DNA of 64,000 nucleotides from Rebecca billardiae RCC1528. Its lineage: Eukaryota > Protista > Haptophyta. The notes under the pieces were generated by a model. The model ran no database searches and was not told the origin of the DNA. It worked only from the letters and a program-made list of their open reading frames with translations. Each line of letters starts with the position of its first letter. Within the stretch, counting starts at the first letter, position 1. The stretch spans positions 558,001 to 622,000 of the forward strand of contig OZ251255.1 of NCBI GenBank assembly GCA_965240325.2. Reading direction: 5' to 3'. Positions 11,487-24,670 of the stretch are shown one piece after another. The position numbers and the translations under genes were made by a program.

Positions 11487-14286
11487 TCACGGGCGCGACG
11501 CGAGCGCGGCGCGCGGGCGGCATCGCATCGGCGGCTCGTCGCGGGGCGGGCGAGAGGCGCCGCGTGCGCTCCGCCGCGCCCGTGCGCGCAGGGGGCGCCG
11601 AGCCGTGTGCACGCGCGCGGCGCTCGTGCACAGACGCACCTGGGCTGCGACCGCGCGCCCGCGGCCGAACGCGGTAAAGGCGGGCGGCGGCTGCTGCTGC
11701 TGCGGCGGCGGCGGCGGCGCGTGGCGCTGTGGCGGCGGCGCGGCACCGCCTGCTCGCGTCGGGCGACGCAGAGGGCGGCGGCGGCGGGCGCCCGTGTCAG
11801 CCGCGCGCGCGCGCGCGCCGCGCGGCGGCGGGCGCAGCAGCGCATGGCGCGCGCGCGCGCCCGCACCTGTCGCGCTTGCACCCGGAGGCGCGCCGCCGCC
11901 GCGCCCGCCGCCGAGGCCGGGTGGCGGGATGGTCGGCGCCGCAGCGCCGCCCGCCGTCGCGCGGCCCGGACCCAAGGCAGGGGCGGCCGCGCCGGCGCGC
12001 GCGCGCGGCGCCGCTGCGCCCAGGCCCGGGGGCGGCGCGGCGGAGGCGGCGGCGGCGCCGCTCGGCGCGGCGAGGACGCTCGCGGCGGCGGCCTGCGGCG
12101 GCGGCGGCGGCACACCGCGCTCGGCGCCCGCAGCCGCGCCGCCGCCCGCCGCCGCGGCCGCCGCCGCCGCCGCGGCGAGCGCGCGCGGCGAGCTCGATTC
12201 CAACCCAGGCGGCGGCGTGGACTGCAGCGGCGCCGCCGGCGCGAGCGCGCCCGTCTGCAGCTGCTCGCCCCTGAACGCGCACGCGGCCGTGGCGCGCGCG
12301 CCGCCGCTGCCTGCGCTCGTCGGCGTTGCGGCGGGCGTGTGCGCGGTGGGCGTTGCGGCCGGCGTGACCGTGGGTCCGTACGAGACGACAGAGTCGTCGG
12401 GGCCCGATGCGTCCACGCAGCCGCCGGGCTTGGCGAGCAACGCGCGCGCGGACGAGGAGGAGGCGGCGGCGGCCGCCATGGCGCGCGGCGTGAGCGGCGG
12501 TGCGGCGGACGACAGCGGCAGCGCACCGCCAGTGGTGTCGATGCGAAGTCCGGGGGGCAGCGAGGGCGGCGGCGCGGCGGACGCGGCGGACGCGGCGGCG
12601 GCGACGCGCGGCCGAGCCGCGCCGTCCGCGCCCAAGGGGCCAGCGCCAACGCGAGCGCCGCCGCCTCCCGCCGCGCCGCGGGGCGCCGCGCCCGCCGCCT
12701 CTGCGCGCACGCCCGCTGCGCCGCCCTCGCCGCCTGCGGGCGGCGCGTCCGCGGCCGGCTGCGCCGGCTGCGGCTGCGGCTGCGGCTGCGCGTACATGCG
12801 CGCATACTGCCCCTGCCCCTCCGGCGCGAGGCCGTAAGCCCCGCCGCCGCCGCCGCCGCTGCCGCCGGAGGGCGGAGGCGCCATCCCTGCTCCGCACCCG
12901 TACGCTGCTGCGACACTGAGCTCGCCCGGACTCGGCTGCATGGCGCACGCGCACACCGGCCCGCCGTCGCCGCCGCCGCCGCCGCCGCCGCCGCCCGCCC
13001 AGTGCGGCTGCGTGCTGTAGCCGGCCGCGCCGTAACCGCCGCCGCCGCCGTACCCGCCGCCGCCGCCGGCCGTTACGCCGCCATGCTGCCGCTCCAGCTG
13101 CTGCCGCTGCAGCTCAAACGGCCCACCGCCCGCATGCAGTTCCATCCCGATCCCGCCGAGCTCGGGCTCGCCGCCGTGGTGGCCGTGGTGCGGGTGGGGA
13201 TGCAGATACGAGCCGTGCGGCGGCGGCGCGCCGTACCCGCCGCCACCGTCGGCGTACCCGCCGCCGCCGTCGGCGTAACCGCCGCCGCCGTCGGCGTAAC
13301 CGCCGCCGCCGTCGGCGTAACCGCCGCCGCCATCCATTGGGTGTCCGTGCGGCGGCGGCGGCGGCGGCGCGGCGTAGAGCATGCCGTCCGCGCCGACGAA
13401 GCCCATGGGCGCGCCGACGCCCATGCCATCCGCGCCGCCGTACGCGCCGCCGCCCGCCGGGCCCGGCCCGTACCCGCCGCCGCCCATCGGCGCGCCGTAG
13501 CCGTAGCCGCCGCCGTCCGCGCCCACCGCGCCCGCATAGGGGTTGTAACAGCCGGTGCCGTCGGCGTAACCGCCGGCGTCGTAGCCCTGCGCGCCGCCGT
13601 AGTGCTGCGCGCCGTCGTAGCAGCGCGGCAGCTCGTACTCGGGCCCCGGCCCGTACCCGCCGCCGCCCGCGCCGTACGCGCCACCGCCGTAACCGCCGGT
13701 GTAACCGCCGCCCCCGCCGGGCGGCGGGGGCACGTCAAATGCGCCCGGGGGCCCGAGGGCGGAGGGCTGGGGGGCGTAGAGCGCGGCGGCGTACGCCGCG
13801 CAGCCGGGCGCGCACGGCGCGCACGCGGGCACGTGCGGCGGGTGCGCGCGCGCGCCGCGCGGCGGCGGGTGCGGCGGCGGGTGCGGCGGACGGCGCGTCT
13901 GCTGCTGCTGCTGCTGCGCCGCGCCGCCGCCGCCGCCGGCTGCGCCGTGCGCGGCGGCGGCGGCGGCGGCGCGGCGTGGCGCGGCGGCCGGCGCGGCGGC
14001 GGTGGCGGTGGTGCCGGCGGTGGCCGCACCGGCCGCCGCCGCGGCCGAGCCGGCAGCGGCGGCGGCGGCGCCGCGCTCGCACCCGTCGGCGGCGGCGCCG
14101 CCGCCGCGCTTGCCCGCTGGGAGCGAGGGCGGCGGCGGCGGCGTCGCGGCGTGCGGCGGGAGCGGCGGCGGCGGCGGCTTACCGCCGGGCGCGGGCGCGC
14201 CATCGCGCTCCGCTGGCGGCGGCGTGGCGCGCGAGTGCGCGGGCATCGGCATGGCTCCGTCCGTGGGGCCGGGCCGCGCGCCGAGC

Positions 14287-14317
<31 letters not shown>

Positions 14318-16010
14318 GCGGCGGCGGCGCGGCGCCCGACGCGCCGCCCCGGCGGCGCGCGCTGCCCCGCGCCGGCGCGCCGGCAGCTGCGGGCCCCTCC
14401 GCCGAGGCGTCGCGCCGCTCCGCGCCGCTGCCCTCCGCCGAGCCTGCCGCGTCCGCGCGCGCGGCCGGCGGCGCGCGCGCGGACGGCGGTGGGACGGCCG
14501 CGTCGACGCACGCAAATTGACCGCCGCGCGCGCCGGCGTCGGCGGCGTCGGCGGCGGCCGCCGCGCCGCGCGCGCCCGCGGCCACGCCCGCCGCGCCGGC
14601 GTACGCGAGCGCGCCCGCGCCACCCAGCCCGCGGCCGCTCGGGCCGCCGCCGCCGCGGCCGCCGCCGCGCACCACAGCAGTCGGCCCGCGGCCGCGGCCG
14701 CGCATGCGCGGCGCGCCGGCGGAGGTTGAGCCCGCGGCCTCGGGCGCGGCGGGCAAGTAGGTGACGGAGGGCACCGCCGCGCCGGGGACGAGCCCGCACC
14801 CGCCGCCGCCGTGGCTGCCAGCCGGCTGCGGCGGCCGCTGCTGCCCGTGCGGCCCTGCAGCGTGCGCCAAAAGTCCGGTGCCGTCGGGCAAAAGTCCGGT
14901 GCCGTCGGGCAAAAGTCCGGTGCCGTACGGCGGCTGCGCGCCGTACCCGCCGGCGGGCGCGGGGTAGTACGCGTCCGCGCACGGCGCGGGCGCGTAGTAC
15001 GCGGGCGCGCGCGAGCCCGACGGCCCGAGCTGCGCCTGCGGCTGCGGCTGCTGCGGCGCGGCCGCAGGCACCGCTGAGGCGACTGCCACCAGCGTGCCAC
15101 CCGCGCCGCCGCGCGAGCGGCCGCCACCCGCCGCCACGCCGCGGCCGCCGCGCGCGCGGCCGCCGCGGGTCACGACGCTGGCGGTGCCGAGGCTCTGCTG
15201 CGCGCCGCTCACCAGCGGCTGCGCCAGCGGCTGCGCCGGCTGCGGCTGCGGCTGCGGCTGCGCGCCACGCCGCGCCGCGGAGCGGCCGCGCGCCGCGCCG
15301 CCGCGCGCGTGTGACGGCTGCTCGCGCTCGACCAGCTCGCGCTCGAGCTGGTCGAAGCCGTCGTGCGCCCACTTGGGCAGCACGTCGCACTCGGCCAGCT
15401 TGGCGGCGGCGGCGGCGGCGGTGCCGCCGCGCCCGCGCGCGCCGCCGCGCCCGCGCACCGCCGCGCGCTGCCCGCGCAGCGGCCCGCCGCGCCCGCGGCC
15501 GTTGGCGCCGGCGACCTGGCGGTCGTCGTGCAGGAAGAAGGCGCCGTCGGAGGGCACGATGGCCCGCCGGTCGATGTCGTCCTGCTTCGACTTGCCGCCG
15601 CCGCCGCCTGGCTGCGTGTCGCCGGCGCCGGCTGGGGCGATCGCGTCGTCGGCGTTGGCGAGGTCGTCGGCCGCGCCGTCGCGCTCCTCCTCCTCGCCTT
15701 CGTCCTCCTCCTCCTCCTCATCCTCCTCCTCCTCCTCCTCCTCCTCCTCCTCCGCCTCCGCCTCGGCGTCCTCGTCCGCGGCCGCGTCCTCCACCACAGC
15801 CTCATCCTCCTCCTCCTCCTCCTCCTCCTCCTCCTCCTCCTCCTCGCCGTCCTCGTCGTCGTCGTCGTCGTCGGCATCGCGCTGGGCCACCACCTCGCGC
15901 TCGGGCTTGGCCTCGTCCTCCTCGCCCTCCTCCTCCGCGCGCGCCTCGTCACGCTTGCGTGGCGCTGGCGCCCGCAGGCGTGCCGCGGGTCGGCGCGCGG
16001 GGGCGACCAT
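11487..16010 (-). CDS. CASC3: Btz/CASC3 (MLN51)-domain exon-junction-complex protein with long low-complexity extensions
   Basis: Acidic N-terminus followed by the two Btz motifs VPSDGAFFLHDDR and KWAHDGF; the C-terminal extent is uncertain. Confidence 0.7.
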
Positions 16011-16169
16011 CGCCGCGAGGCGTGCGCGCGCGCGCTAGCTCACAAGGGCCGGCGCGCGGGGTGCCGGAGCTCAGCGCGGCGCCCGGACCGCTGCCGTCTT
16101 GCAGACTTGCCGCTTTCAGCTTGGCGCGCACAGGCGCACAGGCCCGCCCGCCATCCCGCAACCCGCGCG

Positions 16170-19100
16170 ATGAGCGCGGACGGCGGGCTCGAGGGCGTCG
16201 AGCGCGCCGCCTCGGCGTGGGAGGGCGTGGGCCTCTCGGCGCGGCGCGCCGAGCTCGACCAGCAGTCCCTCGCCGTCGTCGACCACCAGGAGACCTCCGC
16301 CGACGGGCGCGAGTCGCTGAAGGCGGTGGTGAGGGACTTTCGGTCGCTGCCGGCGGCCGAGCGGCCGGCGAAGGTGGGCGGGCTGGTGAAGGCGTTCCAG
16401 GGCGAGGTGGACGCGCTGACGCGCCGCGCCGCCTTCGCCGAGGCCGCCTTCTTCGCGCTGTACCGCTCGCTCGAGTCCGCGCCCGACCCGGCGCCGGCGC
16501 TTCGCGAGGCTCTCGGCGCGGCCGCGCGCGGCCGCCGCGCGGAGGCGGAGGCGGAGGAGGCGAGGCGCGAGCTCGAGGAGTACCGCGCGGAGCTGTCCGG
16601 GCTGAAGAATCAGGACCACACGCTCCGCCGGCTGCAGGCCCAGCTCCGCGAGGCCGAGGAGCACGTCGACGCGCGCGTGAGCGCGGCGCTCGCCGAGCGC
16701 GCGGCGGGCGCGGACGCGGCCGCGGCCGCCGCCGAGGCGGCGGCGGCGGAGCGCGAGGCGGAGCTGCGCGCGGCGAAGGAGGCGGCGCAGGCGGAGCTGG
16801 CCGAGCTCTCCAAGGCGCACGACGCGTGCCAGGAGCGCCTCTACCGCCTGCAGGAGGAGGTGCGCGCGCCGCGCCGCACGCCGCGCGGCGCGCAGTCCGC
16901 TCGGCCGACCGGCCGCGCGCTGGCCCGAGGTTAGGGTAGGGTAGGGTAGGGTAGGGTAGGGTAGGGTAGGGTAGGGTAGGGTTAGGGTTGGCCGCGCGCG
17001 CCGCCCGCTCGCCCCCCGCCCCGCCCCCGGCCGCCGAGGGCCGGCCGGCCGCGCGCGCCCTCCCTCCCCCTGGCCGCGCAGGCGTCCACGCGCGCCGACG
17101 CGCACGTCCGGCAGCTGAGCACGCTGGCGGAGGAGGTGGAAAGTCTGAGCGCGCAGCTGGGCGCGGCGCGCGAGGAGGCGGCGCGGCGTGGGAGGGAGGG
17201 CGGCGGGGACGGCGGCGCGGGCGGTGGCGCTGGGGCGGGCGGCGGGCGGCGCGGGAGCGGGGCGGGGCTCGGCGGTGGCTGCGCCGGCGAGGCGGGCGTT
17301 GAGGCGTCGGCCGCGGCGGCGGCGGAGCTGAGCGCGCTGCGGGCGCAGCGTGCGGCCGCGCTCGCCGCGCGAGAGCACGCCGCGAGCGCGGGTGCGCGCC
17401 GCGCTGCGCCGCGCGCCCGCGCGCCCGCGCGCCCGCGCGCCCGCGCCGCGCCGCGCGCTCACCGCCAGGCCCGCGCCCGCGTGCGCGCGCGCCCGCGCCC
17501 GCGCGCGCGGCGCGGCGGCGCAGAGTGCCTCCGCCGCGCGCTGGCCGAGGCGGAGCACGAGGCCGAGGCGGCGGCCCAGCACGCCAGGCGCTCCGCGGTG
17601 CGCGCGCCGTGCGCGCCGCGCGCCGTGCGCGGCCGTGCGCGCGCTCACGCGGCGCGCGCGCGCGCGGCGCGCACGCCGCGCCAGGCGGCGGCGGCGCAGC
17701 TCCAAGCCGCGGCCGCGGCGGCGCAGGAGCAGCGACGGGCGAGCGCGCCAGGCGGCGCGGCCGTCGCGCCGCGTGCGTCGGACGGAGGGGCGTCGGACGG
17801 GCCGGCCGGCGCGGCCGGCGGCGCGGCGCGCCAGCCCTCCGCCGCCGCCGCGGCCGAGCCCGCGTCCGCCGTCGCGCTCGAGGCGGCGCAGCGCGCCGCG
17901 CGCGCCGCGGGCCGCGCGCGCGACGACGCCCTCGCGGCGCTGGCGGCTGAGCGCGCGCTGGTGGACGTGCTGCGTGCGGAGCTGGGCGGCGCGCGCGCGC
18001 GCGTCGAGCGAGTTGAGGCGTGGGCGCTGGGCGAGGCGGCGGGCGTCGGCGGCGGCGGTGGCGCGGCGGAGGGCGGTGGTGGCGGCGGTGGGCCCGCCGC
18101 CGCCGCGCCGCCGCTCGGTGCAGCCGGCGCGGGCGCGGCGACGCTGTCGGTCGTCCTCGCCACGCCGACGGGCGGCGCGCCGCACGCCGGCGGAGGCGGC
18201 GGCGGCGCCGGCGCCGGCGGGGGCGCAGAGTCCGGGGGCGGGCCGCCGGCTGACCCGGACTTTGTCAGCGTGCTGCGCGCGCAGCGGGACAGGTATCGCG
18301 CCGAGTCCGTCGCCCGCTCCGCAGAGCTCGGGCGCGTGCGCAGCACTCTCTACTCCGCAGAGGCGCGCGGGGCGGAGGCGGAGGCGGAGTGCCTGCGGCT
18401 GTACGAGCGACTGCGCTTTCTCGAGAGCTACTACGCGGCGGGCGCGGGCGGGGGCGGCGGGGTGCGCGGGGCGGCGCTCGACGGCAGCGCGCGCGGCGCC
18501 GGCGGGGCCGCCGGCGGGCCGTCCGCCGGCGTCGAGCCAGCGGGCGGTGTCGGCGCGCGGCCCGAGGGCGCACACGCCGCGGGCACCGCCGCCGCCGCCG
18601 GCACCGCCGCCGGCGGCGGGTCCGGTGTGGAGGTCCGGTACCGCGCGCTGTACGAGGAGCGGCTCAACCCGTTCGCCGCCTTCTCGCGCAAGGAGCGGCT
18701 GCAGCGCTACCAGGTGCGTGTGTGCGCGTGTGTGCGCGCGTGTGCGCGTGTGCGCGTGTGTGCGCGTGTGCGCGTGTGTGCGCGTGTGCGCATGTGTGCG
18801 CGTGTGCGCATGTGTGCGTGCGCGTGCGTGCGCACACGCGCGCGCGCCGATGGGGAGGGCTGGGCGGCGCGCACGCCGCCTCGCGCACGCCCTCACCCGC
18901 CCCCACCCTGTCGCCGCCTGGCCATACACACGCGCTCGCGCGCGCGTGTGCGCTTGTGTGCGTGTGTGTGCGCGCGTGTGTGTGTGCGCGCGCGCGCGTG
19001 TGTGTGCACGCGTGTGTGTGTGTGTGCGTGTGTGTGCGCGTGTGCGTGTGTGTGTGTGCGTGTGTGTGCGTGTGTGTGCACGCGTGTGTGTGTGCGCGCG

Positions 19101-19301
19101 CGCGCGTGTGTGCAGGAGCTGAACACGGCGGAGCGCATCGTGCTCTCGATGTCGTCCGTCTTCCTCGCCTCCAAGCACGCGCGCGTCGCGCTCCTCGCGT
19201 ACGGGCTGCTGCTGCACGCGCTGGTGATGGGCGCGCTCTACGCGGTCTCGCACGTGCGCACGTGCGACCGCACGCGCATGGCCGTGCTCGCGCCGCCCTG
19301 A
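16170..19301 (+). CDS. CASP: Golgi coiled-coil protein CASP (Coy1/CUX1-alternative type), multi-exon
   Basis: N-terminal VKAFQGEVDALTRRAAFAEAAF..APDP; C-terminal QRDRYR, LYERLRFLESY, YEERLNPFAAF and TM ..YGLLLHALV; introns at about 16860-17080 and 18714-19115. Confidence 0.88.
16929..16989 (+). repeat. (GGGTA)n tract bounded by GGTTAGGG, in a CASP intron
   Basis: ggttagggtagggtaggg...gtagggttagggtt. Confidence 0.9.
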
Positions 19302-20639
19302 GGGCGCGCGCGGCGGTGTTTGCAGGCCTGCGGGCGGGCAGCAGCGCGGGTACTGGGTGCTGGGCGGAGGCATCCATCCATTCCGCGGCGCGGCGCGGGG
19401 CCGAGGCGCGCCCACCAACCGGCCGGCCGGCCCGGCAACGGCGAGGGCGCGTCGGCGGCTCGGTGATGCGCTGTGGTGGCGCGCTGCGTGGCTCGGGCCG
19501 CCCGCGGCGCCCGGCGGGCGCCGCCGCGCGGCGGCCGGCGCGGGCCGGGCGGCCCGGTGCGGGCCCGGAGAGCACTGAGCAGCACTTTAATCGGTGGGCC
19601 GGCGGCACTTCAGTTATATTATTCGGAATAATAACACAGTGCCGGAAAACTGCTCAGGGTGACGTTTTAAGTTGTCCGCACCACTAGTCGAATCATCGGA
19701 CAATTCTGAAGCGGTGCGCCTAAATTCGGCGCACCATAGGCGCGTCGAATCGTGGCACAGACCTTGGTAGCAGGCCACACCTGAGCGCGCTGCGCGCGCC
19801 GACGCGCGCTCGGCGCGGGCAAAAAATCATGCGCCGTTGGCATTACGCAGCCCCGCGCAGCGCTGTGCTCGAGCTCGGCGGCGGCGAAAGCGGGCGGGCG
19901 CACACGGCGGTGCCCGTGCGCGCTGCTCCGAGCGCAGCTGCGGCCACCCCGGCGGCATACCGCCGGTCGAGGGCACGAAAACCGATTTTTCGGGAAAATG
20001 CAGAGCAGCGGCGCCCGAGCGCGCCCGAGCTCGTCGCAGCACAGTCTCCTGGTGGCTGCGCCCCGTGAAGCCACGCCACGCGGGGCGCTGGCGTGCGCGT
20101 GGCCTGCGCCCACCGTGCGCTGCCCGATCATGGCCGTCGACCGCTCCGAGCGCCTCACCACGCGTGCTCGAGCCCACCGATACTGACGCCCGAGCACGGT
20201 GCCGGCAGCGCTCGCAGGTGGGCGTCGGAGAAAACACGCCGGCCGAACGAGCTTGAAGCGTCCGCCGCGATGCCAACGGCAGCGGACGACGTGCGCGCCA
20301 CCTCGGCGCCAGTCGCCCAGCCCTTGCGCGGCGGTGCGGGCTCGCTCGTTCGCCGCCATCAGCTGCGCGCGCGCAGCCCGATCACTGCCCGCTGGTTCTG
20401 TTGTCGAGCAGCTGCGGCCTGCCACGCGCACTGCCGGACATTGAGCCACAGCGCGAGCACGCGCCTCGTCTGGCACGCGCGAGCACTCAGCATCGTGCGT
20501 GGCCACCATGACGCGCCCATCTGCGCCAGCAGCGATGAGCACGCCGCCGTTCAGCTCGCATCGGGCTCGCTCGCGACGCAGCAACGCGCGGCCGTAGCGG
20601 CAGCAGCGGCGCCGTCGAGCACGCGCAGCAAACAAATAT

Positions 20640-21335
20640 GCAGCGCGGGCGAGTCGACGGTCTGGAAAATGCGCGATCACGCCACAGCAGGCTGGCAGAG
20701 CCCGCCCGAGCTGCAGCATGCCGTAGGTGCTGCCCCAAGCTCCCGACTGCCCGTAAGCGGCGGCATGTGCGGCGGCGCCGGCGGCGGCCATGCTGCCACG
20801 CCGTTGCGCGCCGCGGGGCGCCGTCGGCACCTCTGTGGTGAAGCGCACAGAGCTCGAGCCCACGGGGGCTGGCGACCGTCAAACCGACACCCCATGACGC
20901 GGGGCTGCGTGCGCCAGCTGCGCGCACTCCGTGGGCCCACCTAGCCCGCTCGAGCAGCTCGCCTTGGGTGCGCGCAGCGGCTCGAGCACACTGGTATGGG
21001 ACGCCTGCCTGCGGTGCCGCCGAGCACATGCGGCCGACGGTCACTCAGCACGGGCGAGTCGACGGCGGCGAGCAGGCGCGACGGCCTCGCCGCGCCGCGG
21101 AAAAGCCTGCCCGGGCTGCAGCACGCCGTAGGAGCAGCCCAGCGCCCTCCTCCGCCCTCCAGCTTCGGCGCGCGCAGCAGGCCCGGCGGCGGCCATGCTG
21201 GCGTGCCCAAGCATGAAGATGGGCGCGGCCGGCCGCGCCGTCGCAAAGCGCGCAGAACTCGAGCTCGGGGGGGCGGACGGCCGCCAAACTGGCGCGGCAG
21301 GACGTGGCACTGCGTGCGCCAGCTACGCGCACCCG
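20640..21335. repeat. Diverged direct duplication, period ~400 bp
   Basis: Shared blocks gggcgagtcgacgg, gctgcagca.gccgtagg, ggcggcggccatgctg and ctgcgtgcgccagct at about 20640-20935 and 21046-21335. Confidence 0.7.
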
Positions 21336-22379
21336 CTGCGCCCGCGTGGCCCGTGCGAGCGCCGCGCCTCGAGCACACGCAGCTGCTCGACACAGCCACG
21401 GCAGTGTGGCTTGTGCGCGTGCACGTGATCAGTCTCAGCTCTGAGGCGCGCGCTCAGGAGGGCTGCGGCCGGGCCGAGCGCGATCTGCGCGGACGGTACA
21501 GCCTGGCGGCTCATGCCAGCCAGCCCAAAGCCCGCTCCGCCATCCGCGTCATGGCGCTCCAGCCTCTCGCGTGCTGCGCTGCAGCCGCGCTCGGCAAAGA
21601 CGTCGCCCAGCCCGCCTTGCACGCGGCTGAGCAGTGGCAGCCAGGCGAAGCGTCGTCGCGGGCGAGGCTGCGCTGGGTGATGCGGCTCGGGTCGGTGGGC
21701 AAGTCGCACCCCGCCGTCGGTCGCCTCCACGCCTCAGGCTCGCTCGAGGTCAAAGACAACTGCGCGGCGCGGCGTTTGCGCGGGCGGGCCGCGGGCGTGG
21801 CGGGGTGTACGCGTGCAATGTCACAGCCTCCCACACAATTTCAGGAGGGTGAGACGCACCGCCAGCGGCACCCGCACACAATCCCACCCTGCGCGAGCCA
21901 CCTGCCGTGTCGACTGAAGCATCAGGCTCGGGCGCAACCGCGGGCGGTGCATGCAAGAAGCTCGCGATGAAACGCACCGCGCGCGCCGTGAGGGCGAAAG
22001 GAGAGCACCCGTCAGGGCGGCGAGGAACTTGCCCAGCGCCACGCGGAAGACGACCCCAGCCCGCGTCGACGCATAGTCGGGCCCGCGAGCAGCCTCGTCG
22101 GTCTTCGCCGAGTAGATCGCGCCGCGAGCCGAGGCACCGCTCGTTTGAGGCTCCGTCCGCCGCGAAGTCGCGGCTTCCACCCGAGTTCCACTGTCCGGCC
22201 GAGACCGGATTCGCTGACTCGAGCTGCGGACCGTCCGAAGCGTCACGGAAAATTCCAATCCTGCACTGTGAACTGCTGTCGTCACAGTACCATGTCGTCG
22301 CGCGGCGGAGTATAACTACGGCGCTGACGCGGCGGCTGGCGGCCTGGCGGCATCCGCCCGCGGACCGCAGGACGACTCA

Positions 22380-22550
<171 letters not shown>

Positions 22551-24513
22551 AACTTTTCTGAGGATAGCGCACCAGCAAAATCCCTTGACCGCCATCCGGA
22601 TTTTACGGAGGCCGCGTTTGGACGCAGAAACGCGCGATGGCGAGGCCCGCCCTCGCACCACCGCTCTCGCGAGATCGCGACCGTGCGACCTGCGGCGTTG
22701 CGCTCGACGCGCTCTTTCTGCTCGGAGGCCGCGAGGACTCCCAGGTGCGCCAGCTCGCGAGCGCGCACCTTCCTCCTCGCCGCGCTCGCCGAGCACGAGC
22801 CGATCTGCAGCAGATGTGCAAGGAGCCGCATGTGGCCTTCCTCGCGCGCGCGGCACGGCTGCACACGAAAATCGTTAGAGGGCACTTCTCCGCGCATTCT
22901 ACATTTTGGGGAAAGAACGCCTGAACTGCACAAAAAGTGCCCTCTAACGCTTCCGCTCCTCGCCGTTGCGTGCACGCGCAAAGGAGCACTGCAAAGGGTG
23001 CGACTGGGAGCATTCCTTCTCCCGGGCGGCCACCACGGCCTCGGAGGTGGTGAGGAACGCGTCGGCGACCACGGCGTGGACCACCTCCGTCGCGCCGGAC
23101 ACTCCGGTCGCCCCTCGCCGGACTCCATCCTCGCTGCGCGCTGACCGTTTGCCGAGCGGGCTGCCCCGCCGCCTGCCCGGCGTGTGCCCGCGTGGTGACA
23201 CAAGATGGTCGAAGGCGTGGCAGCGCGGTGGTGCGTGCGATCGGGGGACCCCACCTGAGCTACGACACGGGCGCGCGCGCTCATCCGTGCTCATCACGGT
23301 GGTGCACGCGCGCGTCGCGCGCTGACGCTCGTCGGCTGTCGCGCGCTGACGGCTGGGCTGCTTTGGGGTGTCGGCGGCGGCCACAGCTCGCTGGTACGGG
23401 CGCGATGGTGGCTGCGAGTGGTACGCGGCGTTGCACCAGGTCCGTGTGCGTCACGCACGACGCTCGGCCGGCTCGCCCTCGGACCATTGGCTGAGCCCTA
23501 CTCGCCGCGCGCACTGCGCGCGGCAGCCGCTCCGCAGCTGCTCCGGGCACGAAGCGCGCCCCGCGCGCTGCACGTGGGCGCGACGAGGTGGTGCAGCGAG
23601 CATGCGCGAGAGTGTGCGCGTGATGGGCACCACAATGACGATACTTGCCATGCACATCTGCCTCTCGCCACGCCTTCGTCACGATAGCTGCGACTGCTGC
23701 CCGGAGGTGCGCTCGAGCGCTCGCGCGCGTTTGAATCTGGGCTCGGCGGCGATCGCGTGGACGAGGGGCAGCGCGGTGCACGGTGGCGGAGCGCGTGCGG
23801 AGCGCAGCCTACACCTCCTACACGCTCCATCCAGACACATCGCGCATGCTCGCGCGGCCTCCTCGGTCCATCACGTGCGCGTGCGCGCGCGAGCAGGTGT
23901 GCATTCGCCGGGCGCGTTCACGGCGCGCCGCGTTGGCGCGCGCGCACCGATACCCGTGCGCAGCTCGACGAGCGAGCGCGGTGTGTTTCGATGCGTATGG
24001 GGAGGCTCGAATTTACGCGCGCGCACGCGCCGGCCCTCGCCGCCCCTTCGCTCGCCCACGCCTCATCTGCGCGCTCGGCGTTTGCAGGCAGCTGCGCATT
24101 CTTTCCGACACGTGCGCAAACGAGCAGATGGCGCTGGGCGAGGTCGATTGGTGCGTCAGATATTCGGCAACGACCAGGCCCGCTTGTGTGCCGCCGCTCG
24201 TGCTACTCTCGACGACCACCTCTGGCTCGGTCGCGCGCACGAGGCTGCTCGCGGCCGAATCGTGCCGTGTACCGTCAAGCTGTACCGTGCGCAGCGAGGC
24301 GCACTCAGACGTCGGCATGGGCTCGCATGCGAGGGCCCGGCAGTGCGACGCGTCGATGGAGCATGCTCCGGATACGCTTCGGCGCACTTCCCGACGCGCA
24401 CGAGCCGCTCGAAGGCGCGGAAGGGCGCCCAAACGGGGCAACCGCCATTTTGCGCCACTTCGGCCCGGATGGCGGTCAAGGGAAATTGCTGGTGCGCTAT
24501 CCTCAGAAAAGTT
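22551..24513. mobile_element. Non-autonomous DNA transposon with ~49-bp TIRs, TA-flanked
   Basis: TA|AACTTTTCTGAGGATAGCGCACCAGCAAAATCCCTTGACCGCCATCCGG ... CCGGATGGCGGTCAAGGGAAATTGCTGGTGCGCTATCCTCAGAAAAGTT|TA (2 mismatches); no intact transposase seen. Confidence 0.85.
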
Positions 24514-24518
24514 TAATC

Positions 24519-24519
<1 letters not shown>

Positions 24520-24549
<30 letters not shown>

Positions 24550-24670
24550 TGTATGTATGTATGTATGTATGTATGTATGTATGTATGTATGTATGTATGT
24601 ATGTATGTATGTATGTATGTATGTATGTATGTATGTATGTATGTATGTATGTATGTATGTATGTATGTAT
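24520..24670. repeat. (TATG)n microsatellite
   Basis: Read directly from the sequence. Confidence 0.98.
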
